From Eledone cirrhosa (taxonomy: Eukaryota): DNA of 64,000 nucleotides. Below the pieces are notes generated by a model that worked only from the letters and a program-made list of their open reading frames with translations, made no database searches and was not told the origin of the DNA. Shown piece by piece: positions 23,264 through 32,400 of the stretch. Within the stretch, counting starts at the first letter, position 1, and each line of letters starts with the position of its first letter. The position numbers and the translations under genes were made by a program. Location: positions 10,106,001 through 10,170,000 of the forward strand of contig OZ024757.1 in NCBI GenBank assembly GCA_964016885.1. Direction: 5' to 3'.

Positions 23264-25769
23264 AAGTTGGGGTAAATTTAAGTTGGGGTTAAGTTAAGTT
23301 GGGGCTGAGTTAAGTTGGGGTTAAGTTAAGTTGGGGTTAATTTAAGTTGGGGTTAAGTTTAGTTGGGGTTAAGTTAAGTCGGGGTTAAGTTAAGTTGGGG
23401 TTAAGTTAAGTTGGGGTAAGTTAAGTTGGGGTTAAGTTAAGTTGGGGTTAAGTCAAGTTGGGGTTAAGTCAAGTTGGGGTTAAGTCAAGTTGGGGTTAAC
23501 TTAAGTTGGGGTTAAGTTAAGTTGGGGTTAAGTTAATTTGGGGTTAAGTTAAGTTGGCGTTCAGTTAAGTTGGGGTTAATTTAATTTGGGGTTAAGTTAA
23601 GTTGGGGTTAAGTTAAGTTGGGGTTAAGTTAAGTTAGGGTTAAATTAAGTTGGGGTTAAGTTAAGTTGGCGTTAAGTTAATTTGGGGTTAAGTTAAGTTG
23701 GGGTTAAGTCAAGTTGGGTTTAAGTCAAGTTGGGGTTAAATCAAGTTGGAGTTAACTTAAGTTTGGATTAACTTAAGTTGGGTTAACTTAAGTTGGGGTT
23801 AAGTTGGGGTTGACTTAAGTTGGGGTTGAGTTAAGTTGCGGTCGAGTTAAGTTGGGGTTGAGTTAAGTTGGGGTTAAGTTAAGTTGGGGGTAACTTTAAG
23901 TTGGGGTTAAGTTAAGTTGGGGTTAATTTAAGTTGGGGTTAAGTTAAGTTGGGGTTAAGTTAAGTTGGGGTTAAGTTAAGTTGGGGTTAAGTAAAGTTGG
24001 GGTTGAGTTAATTTGGGGTTGAATTAAGTTGGGGTTAGGTTAAGTTGGGGTTAAGTTAAGTTTGGTTTAAGTTAAGTTGGGGTTAAGTTAAGTTGGGGTT
24101 AAGTTAAGTTGGGATTAGGTTAAGTTGGGGTTAAGTTAAGTTAGGGTTAAGTTAAGTTGGGGTTAAGTCAAGTTGGGGTTAAGTCAAGTTGGGGTTAAGT
24201 CAAGTTGGGGTTAAGTTAAGTTAGGGTTAAGTTAAGTTGGGGTTAAGTTAAATTGGGGTTAAGTTGGGGTTAAGTTAAGTTGGGGTTAAGTTAAGTTGGG
24301 GTTAATTTAAGTTGGGGTTAAGTTAAGTTGGGGTTAAGTTAAGTTGGGGTTAAGTTAAATGGGCTTAAGTTAAGTTGGGGTTAAGTTAAGTTGGGGTTAA
24401 GTTAAGTTGGGGTTAAGTTAAGTTGGGGTAAATTTAAGTTGGGGTTAAGTTAAGTTGGGGCTGAATTAAGTTGGGGTTAAGTTAAGTTGGGGTTAATTTA
24501 TGTTGGGGTTAAGTTTAGTTGGGGTTAAGTTAAGTTGGGGTTAAGATAAGTTGGGGCTAAGTTAAGTTGGTGTTAATTGAAGTTGGGGTTAAGTTAAGTT
24601 GGGGTTAAGTTAAGTTGGGGTTAAGTTAAGTTGGGGTTAAGTTAAGTTGGTGTTAACTTAAGTAGGGGTTAAGTTAAGTTGGGGTTAACTTAAGTTGGGG
24701 TTAACTTAAGTTGGGGTTAACTTAAGTTGGGGTTAAGTTGGGGTTAACTTAAGTTGGGGTTAACTTAAGTTGGGGTTAAGTTAAGTTGGGGTTAAGTTAA
24801 GTTGGGGTTAAGTTAAGTTGGATTAAGTTACGTTGGGGGTAAGTTAAGTTGGGGATAAGTTAAGTTGGGGTTAAGTTAAGTTGAGGTTAAGTTAATTTGG
24901 GGTTAAGTTGAGTTGGGGGTAAGTTAAGTTGGGGGTAAGTTAAGTTGGGGTTAAGTTAAGTTGGGGTTAAGTTAAGTTGGGGGTAAGTTAAGTTGGGGTT
25001 AAGTTGGGGTTAAGTTAAGTTGGGGTTAAGTTGGGGTTAAGTTAAGTTGGGGTTAAGTTAAGTTGGGGTTAAGTTAAGTTGGGGTTAAGTTAAGTTGAGG
25101 GTAAGTTAAGTTAGGGGTAAGTTAAGTTGGGGTTAAGTTAAGTTGGGGTTAAATTAAGTTGGGGTTATTTTAAGTTGGGGTTAAGTTAAGTTGGGGTTAA
25201 TTTAAGTTGGGGTTAAGGTAAGTTGGGGTTCAGTTAAGTTGGGGTTAAGTTAAGTTGGGGGTAATTTATGTTGGGGGTAAGTTAAGTTGGGGTTAAGTTA
25301 AGTTGGGGATAAGTTAAGTTGGGTGTAAGTTAAGTTGGGGGTAAGTTAAGTTGGGGGTAAGTTAAGTTGGGGTGAAGTTAAGTTGGGGTTAAGCTAAGTT
25401 GGGGTTAAGTTAAGTAGGGGCTGAGTTAAGTTGGAGGTAAGTTAAGTTGGGGTTAAGTTAAGTTGGGGTTAAGTTAAGTTGGGGTTAACTTAAGTTGGGT
25501 TTAACTTAAGTTGGGGTTAAATTAAGTTGGGGTTAAGTTGGGGTTAAGATAAGTTGGGGTTAAGTTAAGTTGGGATTAAGTTAAATTGGGGTTAAGTTGT
25601 GGTTCAGTTGGGGTTAAGTTAAGTTGGGGTTAAGTTAAGTTGGGGTTAAGTTAAGTTGTGGTTAAGTTAAGTTGGGGTTAATTTAAGTTGGGATTAATTT
25701 AAGTTGGGGTTAATTTAAGTTGGGGTTAATTTAAGTTGGGGTTAATTTAAGTGGGGGTTAAGTTAAGTT

Positions 25770-25806
25770 GGGGTTAAGTTGGGGTTAAGTTGGGGTTAAG
25801 TTGGGG
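25770..25806 (+). other. Canonical G-quadruplex motif (G4 N7)3 G4 formed by three consecutive 11-mer variants
   Basis: The sequence GGGGTTAAGTTGGGGTTAAGTTGGGGTTAAGTTGGGG fits G3+N1-7 x4. This is a motif match only; folding is not shown. Confidence 0.55.
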
Positions 25807-26219
25807 TTAAGTTAACTTGGGGTTAAGTTGGGGTTAAGTTAAGTTGGGGTTAAGTTAAGTTGGGGTTAAGTTAAGTTGGGGTTAAGTTATGTTGGGGTTA
25901 AGTCAAGTTGGGGTTAAGTCAAGTTGAGGTTAAGTCAAGTTGGGGTTAATTTAAGTTAGGGTTAAGTTAAGTTGGGGTTAAGTCAAGTTGGGGTTAAGTC
26001 AAGTTGGGGTTAAATCAAGTTGGGGTTAAGTTAAGTTAGGGTTAAGTTAAGTTGGGGTTAAGTTAACTTGGGGTTAAGTTGGGGTTAAGTTAAGTTGGGG
26101 TTAAGTTAAGTTGGGGTTAATTTAAGTTGGGGTTAAGTTAAGTTGGGGGTTATTTAAGTTGGGGTTAAGTTAAGTTGGGGTTAAGTTAAGTTGGGCTTCA
26201 GTTAAGTTGGGGTTAAGTT

Positions 26220-26363
26220 AACTTAACCCCAACTTAACTTAACCCCAACTTAACTTAACCCCAACTTAACTGAAGCCCAACTTAACTTAACCCCAACTTA
26301 ACTTAACCCCAACTTAACTTAACCCCAACTTAAATAACCCCCAACTTAACTTAACCCCAACTT
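26220..26363 (-). repeat. Inverted satellite segment, copy 2 (144 bp), 3100 bp downstream of copy 1
   Basis: Same junctions and sequence as copy 1 except one base (AATAACCCCC here, AATAACCCAC in copy 1). It mirrors two upstream markers, GGGCTTCA (26193-26200) and GGGGGTTATTT (26145-26155). Confidence 0.97.
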
Positions 26364-26469
26364 AAGTTGGGGTAAATTTAAGTTGGGGTTAAGTTAAGTT
26401 GGGGCTGAGTTAAGTTGGGGTTAAGTTAAGTTGGGGTTAATTTAAGTTGGGGTTAAGTTAATTTGGGGT

Positions 26470-29400
26470 TAAGTTAAGTTGGCGTTAAGTTAAGTTGGGG
26501 TTAAATTAAGTTGGGGTTAAGTTAAGTTGGGGTAAGTTAAGTTGGGGTTAAGTTAAGTTGGGGTTAAGTCAAGTTGGGGTTAAGTCAAGTTGGGGTTAAG
26601 TCAAGTTGGGGTTAACTTAAGTTGGGGTTAAGTTAAGTTGGGGTTAAGTTAATTTGGGGTTAAGTTAAGTTGGCGTTAAGTTAAGTTGGGGTTAAGTTAA
26701 TTTGGGGTTAAGTTAAGTTGGGGTTAAGTTAAGTTGGGGTTAAGTTAAGTTAGGGTTAAATTAAGTTGGCGTTAAGTTAAGTTGGCGTTAAGTTAAGTTG
26801 GGGTTAAGTTAAGTTGGGGTTAAGTCAAGTTGGGTTTAAGTCAAGTTGGGGTTAAATCAAGTTGGAGTTAACTTAAGTTTGGATTAACTTAAGTTGGGTT
26901 AACTTAAATTGGGGTTAAGTTGGGGTTGACTTAAGTTGGGGTTGAGTTAAGTTGGGGTCGAGTTAAGTTGGGGTTGAGTTAAGTTGGGGTTAAGTTAAGT
27001 TGGGGGTAACTTTAAGTTGGGGTTAAGTTAAGTTGGGGTTAATTTAAGTTGGGGTTAAGTTAAGTTGGGGTTAAGTTAAGTTGGGGTTAAGTAAAGTTGG
27101 GGTTGAGTTAATTTGGGGTTGAATTAAGTTGGGGTTAGGTTAAGTTGGGGTTAAGTTAAATTTGGTTTAAGTTAAGTTGGGGTTAAGTTAAGTTGGGGTT
27201 AATTTAAGTTGGGATTAGGTTAAGTTGGGGTTAAGTTAAGTTAGGGTTAAGTTAAGTTGGGGTTAAGTCAAGTTGGGGTTAAGTCAAGTTGGGGTTAAGT
27301 CAAGTTGGGGTTAAGTTAAGTTAGGGTTAAGTTAAGTTGGGGTTAAGTTAAATTGGGGTTAAGTTGGGGTTAAGTTAAGTTGAGGTTAAGTTAAGTTGGG
27401 GTTAATTTAAGTTGGGGTTAAGTTAAGTTGGGGTTAAGTTAAGTTGGGGTTAAGTTAAGTTGGGGTTGAGATAAGTTGGGGCTAATTTAAGTTGGTGTTA
27501 ATTGAAGTTGGGGTTAAGTTAAGTTGGGGTTAAGTTAAGTTGGGGTTAAGTTAAGTTGGGGTTAAGTTAAGTTGGTGTTAACTTAAGTAGGGGTTAAGTT
27601 AAGTTGGGGTTAACTTAAGTTGGGGTTAACTTAAGTTGGGGTTAACTTAAGTTGGGGTTAAGTTGGGGTTAACTTAAGTTGGGGTTAAGTTAAGTTGGGG
27701 TTAAGTTAAGTTGGGGTTAAGTTAAGTTGGGGTTAAGTTAAGTTGTATTAAGTTACGTTGGGGGTAAGTTAAGTTGGGGATAAGTTAAGTTGGGGTTAAG
27801 TTAAGTTGAGGTTAAGTTAATTTGGGGTTAAGTTGAGTTGGGGGTAAGTTAAGTTGGGGGTAAGTTAAGTTGGGGTTAAGTTAAGTTGGGGTTAAGTTAA
27901 GTTGGGGGTAAGTTAAGTTGGGGTTAAGTTGGGGTTAAGTTAAGTTGGGGTTAAGTTGGGGTTAAGTTAAGTTGGGGTTAAGTTAAGTTGGGGTTAAGTT
28001 AAGTTGGGGGTAAGTTAAGTTAGGGGTAAGTTAAGTTGGGGTTAAGTTAAGTTGGGGTTAAATTAAGTTGGGGTTATTTTAAGTTGGGGTTAAGTTAAGT
28101 TGGGGTTAATTTAAGTTGGGGTTAAGGTAAGTTGGGGTTCAGTTAAGTTGCGGTTAAGTTAAGTTGGGGGTAATTTATGTTGGGGGTTAGTTAAGTTGGG
28201 GTTAAGTTAAGTTGGGGATAAGTTAAGTTGGGGGTAAGTTAAGTTGGGGGTAAGTTAAGTTGGGGGTAAGTTAAGTTGGGGGTAAGTTAAGTTGGGGTTA
28301 AGTTAAGTTGGGGTTAAGTTAAGTTGGGGTTGAGTTAAGTTGGGGTTGAGTTAAGTTGGGGTCGAGTTAAGTTGGGGTTGAGTTAAGTTGGGGTTAAGTT
28401 AAGTTGGGGTTAAGTTAAGTTGGGGTTAAGTTAAGTTGGGATTAGGTTAAGTTGGGGTTAAGTTAAGTTGGGGTTAAGTTAAGTCGGAGTAAAGTTAAGT
28501 TGGGGTTAAGTTAAGTTGGGGGTAAGTTAAGTTGTGGTTAAGTTAAGTTGGGGTTAAGTTGGGGTTAAGTTAAGTTGGGGTTGAGTTAAGTTGGGGTTGA
28601 ATTAAGTTGGGATTGAGTTAAGTTGGAGTTAAGTTAAGTTGGGGTTAAGTTAAGTTGGGGTTAAGTTAAGTTGGCGTTAAATTAAGTTGGGGTTAAGTTA
28701 AGTTGGGGTTACGTTAAGTTGGGGTTAAGTTAAGTTGGGGTTAAGTCAAGTTGGGGTTAAATCAAGTTGGGGTTAACTTAAGTTTGGATTAACTTAAGTT
28801 GGGTTAACTTAAGTTGGGATTAAGTTGGGGTTAACTTAAGTTGGGGTTAAGTTAAGTTGAGGCTAAGTTAAGTTGGGGCTGAGTTAAATTGGGGTTAAGT
28901 TAAGTTAGGGTTAAGTTAAGTTGGGGTTAAGGTAAGTTGGGGTTAAGTTAAGTTGGGGTTAAGTTAAGTTGGGGTTAAGTTAAGTTGGGGTTAACTTAAG
29001 TTGGGGTTAACTTAAGTTGGGGTTAAGTTGGGGTTAACTTAAGTTGGGGTTAATTTAAGTTGGGGTTGAGTTAAGTTGGGGTTGATTTCAGTTTGGGTTG
29101 AGTTAAGTTGGGGTCGAGTTAAGTTGGGGTTGTGTTAAGTTGGGGTTAAGTTAAGTTGGGGTTAAGTTAAGTTGGGGTTGAGTTAAGTTGGGATCGAGGT
29201 AAGTTGGGGTTGAGTTAAGTTGGGGTTAAGTTAAGTTGGGGTTAACTTCAGTTGGGGTTAACTTAAGTTGGGGTTAAGTTAAGTTGGGGTTAAGTTTAGG
29301 TAGGGTTAAGTTAAGTTGGGGTTAAGTTAAGTTGGGGTTAAGTTAAGTTGGGGTTAAGTTAAGTTGGGGTTGAGTTAAGTTAGGGTCGAGTTAAGTTGGG

Positions 29401-32400
29401 GTTGAGTTAATTTGAGGTTGAATTAAGTTGGGGTTAGGTTAAGTTGGGGTTAAGTTAAATTTGGTTTAAGTTAAGTTGGGGTTAAGTTAAGTTGGGGTTA
29501 AGTTAAGTTGGGATTAGATTAAGTTGGGGTTAAGTTAAGTTGGGGTTGAGTTAAGTTGGGGTTAAGTTAAGTTGGCGTTAAGTTAAGTTGGGGTTAAGTT
29601 AAGTTGGGGTTAAGTTAAGTTGGGGTTAATTTAAGTTGGGGTTAAGTTAAGTTGGGGTTAAGTTAAGTTGGGGTTAAGTTAAGTTGGGGTTAAGTTAAGT
29701 TGGAGTTAAGTTAAGTTGGGGTTAATTTAAGTTGGGGTTAAGTTAAGTCGGGGTAAAGTTAAGTTGGGGTTAAGTTAAGTTGGGGGTAAGTTAATTTGGG
29801 GTTAAGTTAAGTTGGGGTTTAGTTTATTTGGGGTTAAGTCAAGTCGGGGTTAAGTCAAGTTGGGGTTAAGTTAAGTTGGGGTTAAGTTAAGTCGGGGTTA
29901 AGTTAAGTTGGGATTAAGTTAAGTCGGGGTTAAGTTAAGTTGGGGTTAAGTTAAGTTGGGGTAAGTTAAGTTGGGGTTAAGTTAAGTTGGGGTTTACTTA
30001 AGTTGGGGTTAAGTCAAGTTGGGGTTAAGTCAAGTTGGGGTTAAGTCAAGTTGGGGTTAAGTTAAGTTGGGGTTAAGTTAAGTTGGGGTTAAATTAAGTT
30101 GGGGTTAAGTTAAGTTGGGGTTAAGTTAAGTTGGCGTTAAGTTAAGTTGGTGTTAAGTTAACTTGGGGTTAAGTTAACTTGGGGTTAAGTTAAGTTGGGG
30201 TTAAGTCAAGTTGGGGTTAAATCAAGTTGGGGTTAACTTAAGTTTGGATTAACTTAAATTGGGTTAACTTAAGTTGGGGTTAAGTTGGGGTTAACTTAAG
30301 TTGGGGTTAAGTTAAGTTGGGGTTAAGTTAAGTTGGGGTTGAGTTAAGTTGGGGTTGAGTTAAGTTGGGGTTGAGTTAAGTTGGGGTTGATTTAAGTTGG
30401 GGTTGAGTTAAGTTGGGGTCGAGTTAAGTTGGGGTTGAGTTAAGTTGGCGTTAAGTTAAGTTGGGGTTAAATTAAGTTGGGGTTAAGTTAAGTTGGCGTA
30501 AGTTAAGTTGGGGTTAAGTTAAGTTGGGGTTAAGTCAAGTTGGGGTTAAGTCAAGTTGGGGTTAAGTCAAGTTGGGGTTAACTTAAGTTGGGGTTAAGTT
30601 AAGTTGGGGTTAAGTTAATTTGGGGTTAAGTTAAGTTGGCGTTAAGTTAAGTTGGGGTTAAGTTAATTTGGGGTTAAGTTAAGTTGGGGTTAAGTTAAGT
30701 TAGGGTTAAATTAAGTTGGCGTTAAGTTAAGTTGGCGTTAAGTTAAGTTGGGGTTAAGTTAAGTTGGGGTTAAGTCAAGTTGGGTTTAAGTCAAGTTGGG
30801 GTTAAATCAAGTTGGAGTTAACTTAAGTTTGGATTAACTTAAGTTGGGTTAACTTAAATTGGGGTTAAGTTGGGGTTGACTTAAGTTGGGGTTGAGTTAA
30901 GTTGGGGTCGAGTTAAGTTGGGGTTGAGTTAAGTTGGGGTTAAGTTAAGTTGGGGGTAACTTTAAGTTGGGGTTAAGTTAAGTTGGGGTTAATTTAAGTT
31001 GGGGTTAAGTTAAGTTGGGGTTAAGTTAAGTTGGGGTTAAGTAAAGTTGGGGTTGAGTTAATTTGGGGTTGAATTAAGTTGGGGTTAGGTTAAGTTGGGG
31101 TTAAGTTAAATTTGGTTTAAGTTAAGTTGGGGTTAAGTTAAGTTGGGGTTAATTTAAGTTGGGATTAGGTTAAGTTGGGGTTAAGTTAAGTTAGGGTTAA
31201 GTTAAGTTGGGGTTAAGTCAAGTTGGGGTTAAGTCAAGTTGGGGTTAAGTCAAGTTGGGGTTAAGTTAAGTTAAGGTTAAGTTAAGTTGGGGTTAAGTTA
31301 AATTGGGGTTAAGTTGGGGTTAAGTTAAGTTGAGGTTAAGTTAAGTTGGGGTTAATTTAAGTTGGGGTTAAGTTAAGTTGGGGTTAAGTTAAGTTGGGGT
31401 TAAGTTAAGTTGGGGTTGAGATAAGTTGGGGCTAATTTAAGTTGGTGTTAATTGAAGTTGGGGTTAAGTTAAGTTGGGGTTAAGTTAAGTTGGGGTTAAG
31501 TTAAGTTGGGGTTAAGTTAAGTTGGTGTTAACTTAAGTAGGGGTTAAGTTAAGTTGGGGTTAACTTAAGTTGGGGTTAACTTAAGTTGGGGTTAAGTTGG
31601 GGTTAACTTAAGTTGGGGTTAAGTTAAGTTGGGGTTAAGTTAAGTTGGGGTTAAGTTAAGTTGTATTAAGTTACGTTGGGGGTAAGTTAAGTTGGGGATA
31701 AGTTAAGTTGGGGTTAAGTTAAGTTGAGGTTAAGTTAATTTGGGGTTAAGTTGAGTTGGGGGTAAGTTAAGTTGGGGGTAAGTTAAGTTGGGGTTAAGTT
31801 AAGTTGGGGTTAAGTTAAGTTGGGGGTAAGTTAAGTTGGGGTTAAGTTGGGGTTAAGTTAAGTTGGGGTTAAGTTGGGGTTAAGTTAAGTTGGGGTTAAG
31901 TTAAGTTGGGGTTAAGTTAAGTTGGGGGTAAGTTAAGTTAGGGGTAAGTTAAGTTGGGGTTAAGTTAAGTTGGGGTTAAATTAAGTTGGGGTTATTTTAA
32001 GTTGGGGTTAAGTTAAGTTGGGGTTAATTTAAGTTGGGGTTAAGGTAAGTTGGGGTTCAGTTAAGTTGCGGTTAAGTTAAGTTGGGGGTAATTTATGTTG
32101 GGGGTTAGTTAAGTTGGGGTTAAGTTAAGTTGGGGATAAGTTAAGTTGGGGGTAAGTTAAGTTGGGGGTAAGTTAAGTTGGGGGTAAGTTAAGTTGGGGG
32201 TAAGTTAAGTTGGGGTTAAGTTAAGTTGGGGTTAAGTTAAGTTGGGGTTGAGTTAAGTTGGGGTTGAGTTAAGTTGGGGTCGAGTTAAGTTGGGGTTGAG
32301 TTAAGTTGGGGTTAAGTTAAGTTGGGGTTAATTTAAGTTGGGGTTAAGTTAAGTTGGGATTAGGTTAAGTTGGGGTTAAGTTAAGTTGGGGTTAAGTTAA

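Noticed and set aside
23120-26363. piggyBac-like or MITE insertion at TTAA, or a recombinase-controlled invertible switch
   Set aside because: The TTAA-bounded segments consist only of reversed satellite copied from their own flank. There are no distinct terminal inverted repeats, foreign sequence or transposase/recombinase. The marker is duplicated rather than just flipped.
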